Positions 1 through 13,997 of a stretch of DNA of 64,000 nucleotides are shown here, piece by piece. Position numbers and translations under genes: made by a program. Every line of letters begins with the position of its first letter. The first letter of the stretch is position 1. Where the stretch lies: positions 372,001 to 436,000 of the forward strand of contig CAUYUJ010000004.1 of assembly GCA_963575745.1 (NCBI GenBank), given 5' to 3'. This DNA is from Prorocentrum cordatum. Taxonomy: Eukaryota. The notes below the pieces were generated by a model. The model saw nothing but the letters and a program-made list of their open reading frames with translations. It was not told the DNA's origin and made no database searches.

Positions 1-596
1 TAATCACTTTGCAGACCCGACGCTGGCACTTGGCCAGGTCGGGCTATGCCATTATGCTTATGCGTGGAAGAGCGAAGATTCCAATTTACACAGCCACAAT
101 TTTTTGCAGATTCAGCTTGGCACCTGGCCGAGTTAGGCACGGCTTGTAGCGGCCTCTACTTATGCCGCGCGCGAGCGCCATGGCCTCGAAACAGCAAGGC
201 GTTACCTTCTTTGGCCAAGTGCGCTTCTATGCGTCAATGTAGCTTGACACTTGCCACTGCTCGTGTCCTCCCCCTGTGATTTTGAAAGTAGATCAGCAGG
301 CTGGGATCTAGAGACAGCGAACGTCCCGCTGGTGCTTGGCGCAGGCACCGGTATTCTATGTGTTCGTGTTGTGGATAAGTTCGCCGTCGCATTGGAAGTA
401 GGATCTCTGATTTTCTGGATCATGCAATTTTCTGCATCTTACACTCCACCGACCATCCCATGGTCCGATCATTTATTTCTATTATCCGTAAGGGCTTCGC
501 CCCATGCCGCCGGCCCCTGTCTCGGATAATGGGATATGCAAAAGCTAAATCATGAGGTCTGGGCGCCGCCGTTAAGCAGTGTCGAGACCTGTTTGT

Positions 597-1135
597 TTTT
601 CGATCCTGACCCTACGGATCTGCGTCACGGATGCCACCGAATTTCAAACATGTGGCACATCCCCTATGTTTTTGGACCCTGACCCTACGGGTCCGCCGAA
701 TTTCAGAAATGTGGCAAATCCCCTATGTTTTTTGGACCCTGACACCGCCGATTCGCGTGAGGGGTGCCACAGAATTTCAGAAATGTGGCAAACTCCCTAT
801 GTTTGTGGACCCTGACCCCGCCGATTCGCGTGAGGGGTGCCACCGAATGTCAGAAATGTGGCAAATCCATTGTTAAAGACAGCAGCTGAGGGCCCCTTAA
901 ACGCGACCCGGGGGCGAGGAGCCACCCAGACTTTCGCCGACAGCCGAACGCCTTATGTACACTATGATACCAGTCCTCTACTCAAAAGCGTTCTGACAGA
1001 GCCTGCGGAATACGACATCGTTACAGTACCCCGGCAAGGCACATTACCCCGGCAAAAAAAAAACATGTGGCAAATCCCCTATGCTTTTGGACCTTGACCC
1101 CGCCGATCTGCGTGAGGGGTGACACCGAATTTCAA
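597..1135 (+). repeat. 73-bp satellite (..CAGAAATGTGGCAAATCCCCTATGTTTTTTGGACCCTGACCCCGCCGATCTGCGTGAGGGGTGCCACCGAAT..), interrupted by unique sequence at ~870-1060
   Basis: Tandem ~73-bp units. The array is cut at 1135 and resumes at 3711. Confidence 0.85.
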
Positions 1136-3710
1136 CATGATCGACCCACGAACGCGGAAAGGAATTTAGAGCTGCAACTCATGGCAACGTTTTCAAAGAC
1201 ACCGGATGGGGTGACGGGCAAATCCAATGCTGAGTGTATCGATCTTGATGTACCCTGCCGATGTACCCTGCCGAGGGCTGTGTTGTGCTGCGCCGTGCTG
1301 AACTGCGATGTGCCATGCCGCGATTGTGCTCTATATAGCATCGTGGATCAAGTCCTCCTATGCATCCGAGTCCTGGCCGAACTGATCTGGATCTTAAGCT
1401 CGAGCTGCCTGAACACATAGTAGCTGCCCCAGAGCTAGTTGACAGGGGAACATGCCAGGAGGACGCGCCGTGGACCGTCCCAAGGGACGCGCCAGGCGAC
1501 GTGCCAGGGGACGTGCCAGGGGGTCACACCGCGGGACGTGCCAAGGGGACGCGCTACGGGACGTGCTGGGGACAAGCGTTTCTCTCGAGACATCCTGCCA
1601 ACATCCAAGGAATTCCTGGAACAACAAGCGAATTAGTCGAGACATCTTCGAAAATCCTGCGCGCGGGACGTGGCACGCGCGAGACATCCTCGGAATTCCT
1701 GCGCGCGGGAAGTGAAAACAACCATTTCGCTTGAGACATCCTCTGAACTCTGGCCCCTCACGAGGCCCCCGCTCGAGACATCCCCTAATTTTGCAAAACC
1801 AGCGTTTCGCTCGAGACGTCCTCAACAATTTATGAACAACGAGCGTTTCGCTCGAGACATCCGGGCAAAATCCGAGGACATCATGGAACAACAAAAACAC
1901 AATAGTCGAGACATCTCGAAATTCCTGCGCGCGGGACGCGGCACGTGCGAGGCATCCTCGGAATTCCTGCGCACGGGACGTGAAAACAACCATTTCGCTT
2001 GAGACATCCTCTGAATTCTGGCCCCCCACGAGGCCCCCGCTCGAGACATCCCCCAATTTTGCAAAACCAGCGTTGCGCTCGAGACATCCTCAACAAGTTA
2101 AGGCATGATCCACCCACGAACCCGGAAAGGAATATAGAAATGTAAGACATGGCAATGTTTCAAAGACACCTGATTGGGCGACTGGCAAATGCAATGATGA
2201 GTGTATCGATTTTGATGTACCGTGCCGACGGCTGTGCTGTGCTGCGCCGTGCTGATTTGCGATGTGCAATGCCGCGATTGTGCTCTTTAGCGTTGAGGAT
2301 CGAGTCCTCCTTTGCATCCGAGTCCTGACCGATCTGATCTGGGTCGTAAGCTCGAGCTGTCTGAGCACGTAGTAGCTGCCCTAGAGCTAACTGGTTGGCA
2401 AGGAGACATGCTAGGAGGACGCGCCGCGGAACGTCCTAAGGGACGCGCCAGGCGACGTGCCAGGGGACGTGCCATGGGGTCACACCGCGGGACGTGCCAA
2501 GGGGACGCGCTACGGAACGTGCCAATGGACGTGCCACGGGACGTACCAGAGGACGCGACGCGCGACATGCCATGGGGACTCGCCACGGGACCCGCCACTG
2601 AACGCGCCAGGGAACGTGACAAGTTGCAATGTTGAGTGTATCGATCTTGATGTACTGTGCCGACGGCTGTGCTGTGCTGCGCCATGCTGAACTGCGATGT
2701 GCCATGCCGCGATTGTGCTCTATAGCGTTGTGGATCGAGTCCTCCTTTGCGTCCGAGTCCTGACCGAACTGATCTGGATCTTAAGCTCGAGCTGCCTGAG
2801 CACATAGTAGCTGCCCCAGAGCTAACTGACAGGGGAACATGCCAGGAGGACGCGCCGTGGACCGTCCCAAGGGACGCGCCAGGCGACGTCTCAGGGAACG
2901 TGCCATGGGAACGCACTGCGGGACGTGCCAAGGGGACGCGCTACGGAACGTGTCAATGGACGTGCCACGGGACGCGCTCCCAGGGCCACGATCCCTCGTA
3001 AATTACGCTGCGCCCGCGTTCCCAGGGCCACGATCCCTCATAAGTTACATTGCGGTCGCGCTCCCAGGGCTCCGACTCCTTGAAAATTACGCTGCGTCCG
3101 CGCTCCCAGGCCACGATCCCTCGTAAATTACGCTGCGTCCGAGCCCCCAGGGCCCCGATCCCTTGTATTCTACATTGCGCCCGCGCTCCAAGGGCTACGA
3201 TCCCTTGTAAATTACATCGCGTCCGAGCTCCCAAGGCCCTGACCCCTTGTAAATTGTTCTGCGCCCGCGCTCCGAGGGCCACGATCCCTCGCAAATTGCG
3301 CGTGGTCCGCGCTCCCAACGCCACGATCCCTCGTAGATTACGCCGCGTCCGCGCTCCCAGGGCCTCCTGGGGCATGCTGGGGCGCCCAGGTCCCTCAAGT
3401 TTTGCCAAACAAGCATTTCGCTCGAGACATCCTCGATGTTTTGGCGCGGGGGGCGCACCATCCTCGAGCGGGCACGCAAAAACTTAACATTTACATCTTA
3501 AATCCTGGAAAAGCACGCGTTTCGCTCGAGACATCCTCAACAAATTCTGAATAACAAGCGTTTCGCTCGAGACATCCTCAAAAATAATTCAGCCGGCCCT
3601 CTTCGACTTCGTCATTCATCATAAATACGTAATTCCGCCGGCCCCCTTCAAGTCAAAACCGGAGGTAAACTAACTAAAAGAGAACCCTGGGCCTAAGCTC
3701 TTTCCGGGAA
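1136..3710. mobile_element. Non-autonomous Helitron2/Helentron-like element, subfamily I
   Basis: Starts CATGATCGACCCACGAAC and ends GGGCCTAAGCTCTTTCCGGGAA. Its flanks TTCAA + AAATGTGG rebuild the satellite unit TTCAAAAATGTGG. Contains 12-bp GGGACGTGCCAN repeats, a ~39-bp repeat (2965-3365) and a second left end at 2104. Confidence 0.75.
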
Positions 3711-4020
3711 AAATGTGGCAAATGCCGTATGTTGTTGCACCCTGACCCCGCCGATCTGCGTGACGGGTGCCACAGAATTTCAGAAATGTGGCAAATCCCC
3801 TATGTTTTTGCACCCTGACCCCGCCGATTTGCGTGAGGGGTGCCACCGGATTTCAAAAATGTGGCAAATCCCGTGTATGTTTGGACCCTGACCCTGCAAA
3901 TCCTTTGTGTTTTTGGACCCTGACCCCGCCGATCTGCGTGAGGGGTGCCACCGAATTTCAAACATGTGGCAAATCCCATGTGTTTTTGGACCCTGATCCC
4001 GCCGTTTTGCGTGAGGGGTG
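3711..4020 (+). repeat. 73-bp satellite, continuation of 597-1135
   Basis: Same unit, resuming in register after the insertion. Confidence 0.85.
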
Positions 4021-4125
4021 TGAAGTTTTATCCACCCCAGAGCACACGTTCAGGGTGTGGTAAACATGCCTGTTTTGGGCCTCCCCCCCTCTCGCGGTCC
4101 ATTAAGAAGGAACAATAAGCAGCAA

Positions 4126-7100
4126 CATGATCGATCCACGAACCCGGAAAGGAATGTAGAACTGTAACACATGGCAGCGTTTTCAAAGACACCTGCTTGG
4201 GTGACGGGCAAATGCAATACTGAAGGTATCGATCTCGATGTACCCTGCCGAGGGCTGTGCTGTGCTGCGCCGTGCTGAATTGCGATGTGCCATGGCGCGA
4301 CTGTGCTCTATAGCCTCGTGGATCGAGTCCTCCTTTGCATCCGAGTCCTGACCGAACTGATCTGGATCTTAAGCTCGAGCTGCCTGAACACATAGTAGCT
4401 GCCCCAGAGCTAATGGACAGGGGGACATGCCAGGAGGACGCGCCGCGAAACGTCCCAAGGGATGCGCCAGGCGACGTGCCAAGGGACGTGCCATGGGGTC
4501 GCACCGCGGGACGTGCCAAGGGAATTGCGATGTGCCATGGCGCGATTGTGTTCTATAGCCTCGTGGATCGAGTCCTCGCGACGCGACGTGCCAGGGGGAC
4601 TCGCCAAAGGACGCCCCACGGAACGTGCCAAGGAACGTGCCAAGTTGCGCGCTCGAGACATCTAACAAGTTAAGGCATGATCGACCCACGAACCCGGGAA
4701 TGGGAATATAGGAATGTAAGGACTGGCAACGTTCAAAATACACCTGATAGGGCGGGGCGGACTGGGGGTTGCAATGCTGAGTGTATCGATCTTGATGTAC
4801 CGTGCCGAGGGCTGTGCTGTGCTGCGCCGTGCTGAATTGCGTTGTGCCATGGCGCGATTGTGCTCTATAGCCTCGTGGATCGAGTCCTCCTTTGCATCCG
4901 AGTCCTGACCGAACTGATCTGGATCTTTAGCTCGAGCTGCCTGAACACATAGTAGCTGCCCCAGAGCTAATGGACAGGGGAACATGCCAGGAGGACGCGA
5001 CGCAGAACGTCTCAAGGGACGCGCCAAGCGACGTGCCAAGGGACGTGCCATGGGGACGCACCGCGGGACGTGCCAAGGGGACGCGCTACGGAACGTGCGG
5101 GGGACAAGCGTTTCGCTCGAGACATCCTGTCAAAATCATCTGAATTCCTACGCGCGGGACGCTGCACGCGCGAGACATCCTCGGAATTCCTGCGAGCGGG
5201 ACGTGAAAACAAGCATTTCGCCTGAGACATCCTTTGAATTCTGGCCCCCCACGAGGCCACCGCTCGAGACATCCTCCAATTTTGCAAAACCAGCGTTTCG
5301 CTCGAGACATCCTCAACAAAGTATGAAAAATTACACGACACCGCGTCCAGGCCACGAATCCTTTGTTAAAAATTTACGCTTTACGTCCGCGCTTCAGGGC
5401 CACGATCCCCGTAAGGGCTCATGGCCTCCTGGGTGCTTGGATCTGGGCCCATCTGGGGCTCTTCCTGGAGCTCCTGGAGCTTCTCCTGGGCCCTCCTTGG
5501 GTCTCCTGGTGCCTCTTCTTGGAGCCTCCTGGGTCATCTGGGCCCTCTGGGCTCCTCCTGGGCCCTCCCCTGGGCTCTTCCTGGGCTCTTTGGAGCTCCT
5601 GCCTGGCCCTCCTGGGCGAAGTCAAGGTCCGAAAACCCATGGGACTTGCCACATTTCTGAAATTCGGTGCCACCCCTCACGCAGGTCGGCGGGGTCAGGA
5701 TCCGAAAACACATGGGATTTGCCACATTTCTGGAATTCCGTACCACCCCTCACGCAGATCGGCGGGGTCAGGGTCCAAAAACACAGGGGATTTTGGCCAC
5801 ATATTTCGGAGAGCTACGTCAGCGCTCCCAGGGCCACGATCCTCCGTAAGGGCTCCATGGGCCTCCTGGGTCTTCCTGGGACTCTTGGGCTCCTGGTCTC
5901 TGGAGCCTTCCTGGAGCTTTCTGGGCCCTCCTAGGGCCCCTGGTGCTCTTGGGAAGCTCCGGGGTTCCTCTGGGCGGCTGTTCAGGCTACTCCTGGGCCT
6001 CCTGGGGCTCTCTGGGCTCTCCTGGCTCCTGGGCCCTCCCGGGCGAGGTCCAGGGTCCAGTTGGAAACAATGGGGAATTATTTTATACATTTTGAAACAT
6101 TCGGTGCATCCCTCAGCAGATACCGGGGGGTCAGGGTCCAAAACGCAGGGGATTTTTATTTTGGCCACATTTTTAGAATTCCGTGCCACCCTCACGCAGA
6201 GATCCGCGGGGTCAGGGTCCAAAAACACAGGGGATTCGCAACATTTCTGAAATTCGGTGCCACCCCTCACGCAGATCCGCGGGGTCAGGGTCCAAAAACA
6301 CATGGGATTCGCCACATTTCTGAAATTCGGTGCCACCCCTCACGCAGATCCGCGGGGTCAGGGTCCCAAAACACAACGGATTTGCCACATTTCTGAAATT
6401 CAGTGCCACCCCTCACGCAGATCCGCGGGGTCAGGGTCAAAAAACACATGGGATTTCTGTTATTTCCGAATTTATGCAACTTCAAGAATCCAAAACTCCG
6501 TTCCCAGCGCCGTTCCGGAGGCCGCGGTACCTTGTTATTTATCGAGCGAACGCGTTTACCTCGTTTTGTATAGTTTAAAGTCGATGTTGGAAAAAAGTGG
6601 ACTTCACCTGTGAAATATAGAGTTTTCCTTAAAGGCAGTAAAATTCCAAGAGCACGATCTGCGTGAGGGGTGGCGAAAAATTGCCTTCGTCCTCACAATT
6701 TTAATTCGCCGGCCCCTTTCGACATCGTAATTCATCGCACAAGAAATTCGCCGGCCCCCTTCAAGTAAAAACCGGGGGTAAACCTACTAACATGATCGAC
6801 CCACGAACCCGGAAAGGAATATAGAACTGTAACACATGGCAGCGTTTTCAAGGACACCTGATTGGGTGACGGGCAAATGCAATGCTGAGTGTATCGATCT
6901 CGATGTACCCTGCCGAGGGCTGTCCTGTGCTGCACCGTGCTGAATTGCGATGTGCCATGGCGCGATTGTGCTCTATAGCATCATGGATCGAGTCCTCCTT
7001 TGCATCCGAGTCCTGACCGAACTGATCTCGATCTTAAGCTCGAGCTGCCTGAACACAGAGTAGCTGCCCCAGAGCTGATGGACAAGGGAGCATGTCAGGA

Positions 7101-9141
7101 GGACGCGCCGCGAAACGTCCCAGGGGACGCGCCAGTCAACGCGCCAGGGGACGTGCCATGGCGACGCACCGCGGGACGTGCCAAGGGGACGCGCTACGGA
7201 ACGTGCCAATGGAACGTGCCAATGGATGTGCCACGAGATGTGCCAGGGGACGCGCCACGCGACGTGCAAGGGAGACTCGCAAGGGGACGCGCCACGGAAC
7301 GTGCCAAGGAACGTGCCAAGTTGCAATGCTGAGTGTATCGATCTTGATGTACCGTGCCGAGGGCTGTGCTGTGCTGCGCCGTGCTGAATTGCGATGCGCC
7401 ATGCCTCGATTGTGCTCTATAGCCTCGTGGATCGAGTCCTTCTTTGCATCCGAGTCCTGACCGAACTGATCTGGATCTTAAGCTCGAGCTGCCTGAACAC
7501 ATAGTAGCTGCCCCAGAGCTAATGGACAGGGGAACATGCCAGGAGGACGCGCAAACGCAAGAACGTCCTCAAGCCTGGCCGCCCCTGCGACAGTGCCCAA
7601 GGGACGTGCCATGGAACCGCGGACCGCTGGGACATGCCAAGGACGCGCTAATACGGAACGTGCTGGGACCAAGCGGTGTCGCTCGAAGACAATGCCTCTG
7701 CCAAAATATCCAAGGAAATCCTGGCAAAACAACGAATTAGTCGAGACATCCCTCCCGAAATTCATATTTCCTCGCGCGGGACGCCGGCAACCCGCGCGAG
7801 ACATACTTCGGAATTGCCTGCGAGCCGGGACGTTGAAAACAACATTTTCCCTGAAAAATTTTCCTTTGAATTCCTGGCCCCCCACAGGCCCCCCACGCAC
7901 GTCCCAACGCTCATATTCTCCAGGCCACGATCCCTCGTAAGGGCTCCTGGGCCCTCCTGGGTCTTCCTTGGACCTCTTGGGCCCTCCTGGCTCTCCTGGA
8001 GCCTCCTGGAGCTTCTCCTGGGCCCTCCTTGGGCCCCCTGGTGCCTCTTGGAGCCTCCTGGGTCCTCCTGGGCCCTCCTGGGCTCTCCTGGGCCCTCCTG
8101 GGCTCTCCTGGGCTCTCCTGGAGCCTCCTAGGCCCTCCTGTGCGAAGTCAAGGTCAGAAAACACATGGGACTTGCCACATTTCTGAAATTCGGTGCCACC
8201 CCTCACGCAGGTCGGCGGGGTCAGGATCCGAAAACACAGGGGATTTGCCACATTTCTGGAATTCCGTGCCACCCCTCACGCAGAGGGATCAGGGTCCAAA
8301 GCCACATGGGATTTGACACATTTCTGAAATTCGGTGCCACCCGTCACGCAGATCCGCGGGGTCAGGGTCCAAAAACACAAGGGATTTGCCACATTTCTGG
8401 AATTCCGCGCCACCCCTCACGCAGATCGGCGGGGTCAGGGATCAAAAACGCAGGGGATTTGCCACATGTCTGGAATTCCGTGCCACCCCTCACGCAGATC
8501 CGCGGGGTCAGGGTCCAAAAACAAAGGGGATTTGACACATTTCTGAAATTCGGTGCCACCCCTCACGCAGATCCGCGGGGTCAGGGTCCAAAAACACATT
8601 GGATTTGCCACATATCTGAAATTCGGTGCCACCCCTCACGCAGATCCGCGGGGTCAGGGTCCAAAAACACAGGGGATTTGCCATATTTCTGAAATTCGGT
8701 GCCACCCCTGCGGGGTCAGGGTCAAAAAACACATGGGATTTCTGTTATTTCCGAACTTATGCAACTTCAAGAATCCAAAACTCCGTTCCCAGCGCCGTTC
8801 GGGAGGCCGCGGTACTTTGTTATTTATCGAGCGAACGCGTTTACCTAGTTTTTTATCGTTTAAAGTCGATGTCGGAAAAAAGTGGACTTTACTTGAGAAA
8901 TATCGAGGTTTCCTTAAAGGCAGTAAAATTCCAAGAGCACGATCTGCGTGAGGGGTGGCGAAAAATGGCCTTCGTCCTCACAATTTTAATTCGCCGGCCC
9001 CCTTCGACTTCGTTATTGATCGCAAAAGAAATTCGCCGGCCCCCTTCAAGTAAAAACCGGGGGTGAACCTACTAAAAGAGAACCCTGGGCTCAGGCTCTT
9101 TCCGGGAAAAGAGAACCCTGGGCCCGCGCCCTTTCCGGGAA
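4126..9141. mobile_element. Subfamily I element hosting a nested copy
   Basis: Left end CATGATCGATCCACG follows GCAGCAA. The right-end module is broken at 6790 and completed at 9109-9141. Carries the inverted 73-bp satellite (5632-5806, 6095-6455) and 10-bp GGGCYCTCCT repeats. Confidence 0.7.
6791..9108. mobile_element. Subfamily I element nested in the right-end module of 4126-9141
   Basis: Flanks CCTACTAA + AAGAGAACCC rebuild the intact CCTACTAAAAGAGAACCC. Segment ~8740-8985 is near-identical to ~6455-6700. Inverted 73-bp satellite at 8152-8740. Confidence 0.8.
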
Positions 9142-9264
9142 AAAGCATAATTGTAACAAGGAACAGTCAGCAGCAAACATGATGGACCCACGAACCCGGA
9201 AAGGGATATAGACATGTGGAGCATGGACACGTTTTCATGATACCCAACTGGGCAACACCTCACG

Positions 9265-9364
9265 NNNNNNNNNNNNNNNNNNNNNNNNNNNNNNNNNNNN
9301 NNNNNNNNNNNNNNNNNNNNNNNNNNNNNNNNNNNNNNNNNNNNNNNNNNNNNNNNNNNNNNNN
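9265..9364. other. Assembly gap (100 N)
   Basis: Run of N; continuity across it is unproven. Confidence 0.99.
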
Positions 9365-10412
9365 TGTGTTCCCGTGCTGGGGGTGTCCGTGCTGGGCCGT
9401 GGTCGTGCTGGGCGTGGTCGTGTGCTGTGCGTGGTCGTGCATGGGGGGGTCGGCTGGGTTGGTCGTCTGGGGTTGTCGTGCTGGGGTGTGGTCTTGCTGG
9501 GGTAGGGTCGTGCTGGGGTCGGGTCGTGCTGGGGTGTGGTCGTGCTGGGGTATGGTCGTGCTGTGTGGGGTCGTGCTGGGGTGGGGTCGTGCTGGGGTCT
9601 GGTCGTGCTGGGGTGTGGTCGTGCTGGGGTATGGTCGTGCTAGGGTGGGGTCGTGCATTTCGCTCGAGACATCTGCCAAAATTCCAGGAAATCGTACAAA
9701 AACAAACGAATTAGTCGAGACATCATCGAAATTCCTTCGCGCGGGGCGCTTTTCCGCGTCGCGGTCGGCTCTGCAAAACAAGCGTTTCGCTCGAGACATC
9801 CTCGGCAAACTCTGCGGAGCAAGCGTTTCGCTCGAGACATCCTCAACACACGAAAAAGTGGCCCGCACCCTGTGATTTATCGATCGGGATTTCAAAAACA
9901 AGCGTTTCGCTCGAGACATCCTCAAATTTTAATTCGCCGGCCTCCTTCGACCTCGTTATTTATCAGGGAAAAAATTCGCCGGCCTCCCTCAAGCAGGCAC
10001 CGGGGGACAGGTTTACCTACTAAAAGAGAACCCTGGGCCAAAGCCCTTTCCGGGAAAACAAAGGAATTAGTCGAGACATCATCGAAATTCCTTCGCGCGG
10101 GGCGCTTTTCCGCGTCGCGGTCGGCTCTGCAAAACAAGCGTTTCGCTCGAGACATCCTCGGCAAACTCTGCGGAGCAAGCGTTTCGCTCGAGACATCCTC
10201 AACTCTGCAAAACCAGCGTTTCGCTCGAGACATCCTCAACAAATTCTGAAAAAACAAGCGTTTCGCTCGAGACATCCTCAAATTTTAATTCGCCGGCCTC
10301 CTTCGACCTCGTTATTTATCAGGGAAAAAATTCGCCGGCCTCCCTCAAGCAGGCACCGGGGGACAGGTTTACCTACTAAAAGAGAACCCTGGGCCAAAGC
10401 CCTTTCCGGGAA
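9365..10412. mobile_element. Right portions of two nested subfamily II elements
   Basis: 15-bp GTGGTCGTGCTGGGG minisatellite (9365-9655), then two right ends (..TTTCCGGGAA at 10056 and 10412). A subfamily II left end lies at 9178, before the gap. Confidence 0.7.
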
Positions 10413-11890
10413 AAGACTACCATACAGCTCAACAAGTTCGTGGAATACGACATGACATGCTTGGTTTTACCGATCAATGTATTGAGCGCTGCCTGGAGTG
10501 CGCCTCCAAGCGTACCCAGGGGGCAGGGTCACGTCGTAAACGGTCCGACTCACCGAGGGCTTCGCGATCCAAATCGCCTAGCTCCTCCGGGTCGGTCGTG
10601 AGACCCACTAGTGCGCTCAACGCACGGTCACGATCATCCAGCCCAGCTGGATCGGTCGACAAACCTTCCACTACGACACAATCAACGACAGTCACATACG
10701 ATGACCTACCCGACGCCGAGACTCCTGGCATCGAGGACACCTCCTTTACCGAGTCCGATTATTCCGACGAGGGTATCCTCGGCCAGGACGCGGCGAGTGT
10801 ATTGATGAAGATTCTCTACCTGGCACGCCGTTGTCGTTTCGATCTTTTACATCCAGTATGTATGCTAGCCAGAGGATGACCAAATGGAATACCACGTGTG
10901 ATAAACGCCTCCATCGGCTGATATGATACATCAAAACGACGCGTACCCATTGTTTACATGGATGGATCGGCGATTCTTCTGACAAGCTATCCATCATGCT
11001 CTTCACTGACGCCTCGTTCGCCGATTGCATTACCTCCTCCAAGTCCACTACCGGCGTCTTCGCGGCGCTTGTTGGACCCAACGCGTTCTTCCCGGTCAAC
11101 GCCGTGTGCAAGAAACAAACGGTCGTATCGCACTCGTCCACAGAGTCCGAGATCGTTGCCCTTGACTCGGCACTACGACTGGAGGGACTACCACTACTCT
11201 CATTCTGGGAGGCCGTGGTGGAGGTTGCCAAGACCTGCAAAGAGAAGAATACTTGCCTGGGTTGCCTGGGACGCGCCGCCACGGCGATATGTCCAACATT
11301 GGCCGCCAAAAAGAAGAGGCGTAAGCCATCGCCTCGCAAGGCATCCCCCACACGGGGATCTTCTCCTAGCCGTAGGCAGCTACCGCTAAAGACGGAGCTA
11401 CCTGTGCCACCAAAGAGGCGCACGATATCCCATGAGGGTACCGTGTTACACGTGGAGCAAGAGCCCGCTCAGGAGAGCAGCTCTCCCAAAGTGTATCTCA
11501 TCGTCCTCGAGGATAACCAAGCCGTGATCAATATTGCCCAAAGTGACGTACACCCGCACTTCGTCATCTTCATCGTACTCATCGTATAAACTTGGATTGG
11601 ATATGTGAGACATGCCAATTTGAACATATTGAGCTCAAGTATGTAGGTACAAAAGAGCAACTTGCAGATATGATGATTAAACATGTTGAGCCGAAGAAAG
11701 CAGACCTCTGGAGGGATCTATTGGAGCACTCGCTCATATTTCCTGTTACCCCGTTACAGTGCGCTCCAAAGGATCCGAGGAGACCACTACGAGGGCCTCA
11801 GAGGCCCGATGGTATACCTCATATCGCAGAACCTCCAAAACTGGATGGATGTCCGGAGATATGTAAAATATTACTCACCGACAAAGAAAA
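10413..11890 (+). pseudogene. Ty1/copia pol remnant: RT C-terminus plus RNase H
   Basis: Motifs LMKILYLARRCRFDLLHPV, TKW..CDKRLHRLI*YI, FTDASFA..SKSTTG, KKQTVVSHSSTESEIVA, EDNQAVI, RHLHRTHRINLDWI and YVGTKEQLADMMIK. Frameshifts at ~10875 and ~11545; in-frame TGA at 10924. Confidence 0.92.
11859..11890 (+). repeat. 32-bp direct duplication, left copy (ATATGTAAAATATTACTCACCGACAAAGAAAA)
   Basis: Identical to 18886-18917. Confidence 0.95.
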
Positions 11891-13997
11891 CAGGATCGAC
11901 CCACGAACCTGGAAAGGAATATAGAAATGTAAGACATGGCAACGTTTCAAAGACACCTGATTGGGCGACGGGCAAATGCAATGCTTAGTGTATCGACCTT
12001 GATGTACCGTGCCGAGGGCTGTGCTGCGCTGTGCCGTGTTGTGGATCGAGTCCTCCCCTGCATCCGAGTCCTGACCGAACTGATCTGGATCTTAAGCTCG
12101 AGCTGCCTAAGCACATAACTAGTAGCTGCCCCAGAGTTGATTGACAAGGGAACATGCCAGGAGGACGCGCCGCAGAACGTCCCAAGGGACGCGCCAGGCG
12201 ACGTGCCAGGGGACGCGCCATGGGGTCGCACCGCGGGACGTGCCAAGGGGACGCGCTACGGAATGCGCCAATGGACGTGCCAGGGGACGTGCCAAGGGAC
12301 GCACCAAGCGAGGTGTCAGGGGACGTGCCACGGGGACGCACCGCGGGACGTGCCAAAGGGACGCGCTACGGAACGTGCCAATGGACGTGCCACGGGACAT
12401 GCCAGGGGACGCGCCGCGCGACGTGCCAGGGGGACTCGCCACAGGACGCGCCACGGAACGTGCCAAAGAACGTGCTAAGTTGCAATGCTGAATGAGTGTA
12501 TCGATCTTGATGTACCGTGCCGCGGGCTGTGCTGTGCTGCGCCGTGCTGAACTCCGATGTGCCACGTGATTGTGCTCTACCGCCGTGTGGATCGAGTCCT
12601 CCCCACGCATCCGAGTCCTGACCGAACTGATCTGGATCTTAAGCTCGAGCTGCCTGAGCACATAGTAGCTGCCCCAGAGCTAATTCACGGGAGCATGCTA
12701 GGAAGACGCGCCGCCGAAAGTTCCAAGGGGCGCGCCAGGCGACGTGCCAGGGGGCGCGCCATGGGGGCGCACCGCGGGACGTGCCAAGGGGACGCGCTAC
12801 TGAACGTGCCAATGCATTATGGACGTGCCACGGGACGTGCCAGGGGACGCGCCGCGCGACGTGCCAGGGGGACTCGCCGCAGAACGCGCCACGGAACGTG
12901 ACAAAGAACGTGCCAAGTTGCAATGCTGAGTGAGTGTACCGATCTTGATGTAATGTGCCGAGGGCTGTGCTGTGCTGCGCCGTGCTGAACTGCGATGTGC
13001 CATGCCGCGATTGTGCTCTACCGCGTTGTGGATCAAGTCCTCCGTTGCATCCGAGTCCTGACCGAACTGTTCTGGATCTTAAGCTCGAGCTGCCTGCGCA
13101 CATAGTCCACGAGGTAGCTGCCGCAGAGCTAATTGACAAGGAATTATGCCAGGAAGACGCGCCGCGGAACGTTCCAAGGGACGCGCCAGGCGACGTGCCA
13201 GGGGACGTGCCACGGGGACGCACCGCGAGACGTGCCAAGGGGACGCGCTACTGAACGTGCTGGGGACAAGCGTCGTGTTGGCGGCCTGGACACGTAAAAA
13301 CACAATGCCAGCTCGGGACAACCATGAGAGACCCCCTGGGTGGCCTGGACACGTAAAACACGTGGTTCCAGCTCGGGACAATCATGTTAGAGATCTCCCT
13401 GGGTGGCCTGAGCATGAAAGAACACGTGGTTCCAGCTCGGGACAGCCATGTTAGATACCCCTCTGCGTGACTTGGATACGCTGATTTCGCGCCCCCGCTC
13501 GAGACACCCTCGCGACGCCTTCCCTGGAGAGGCTCCCAAAGCGCACCCCCCTGTTCAGAGCAAGAAGCCATCACTTTTCCTCATAATTCGGCGTTGGGCC
13601 CGACGCCATGTTAGATGCCCCAACTCTGCAAAACCAGCGTTTCGCTCGAGACATCCTCAACAAATTCTGAAAAGCAAGCGCTTCGCTCGAGACATCCCCC
13701 AACTCTGCAAAACCAGCGTTTCGCTCGAGACATCCCCAACAAGTTATGAAACATGATGGACCCACGAACCCGGAAAGGGATATAGACATGTGGAGCATGG
13801 GCACGTTTTCACGATACCCAACGGGGCAACACCTCACGAAACATCCCACGAGACACCTCACGAAACATCCCACGAGACACCTCACGAAACATTCCGCGAG
13901 ACACCTCACGAAACATTCCAGGAGACACCCCGCGAAACATTCCACGAGACACCCCACGAAACATTCCACGACGACAGGCAACCACTCAACCAAGGCG

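Noticed and set aside
1..578. Unique sequence as the missing 5' part of the copia element
   Set aside because: No gag, integrase or RT motifs recognised, and an N gap separates it from the copia region.
9655..10280. CRISPR-like repeat/spacer pattern of CAAGCGTTTCGCTCGAGACATCCTC
   Set aside because: Spacers are irregular in length and recur identically in other element copies. No cas genes; eukaryotic context.
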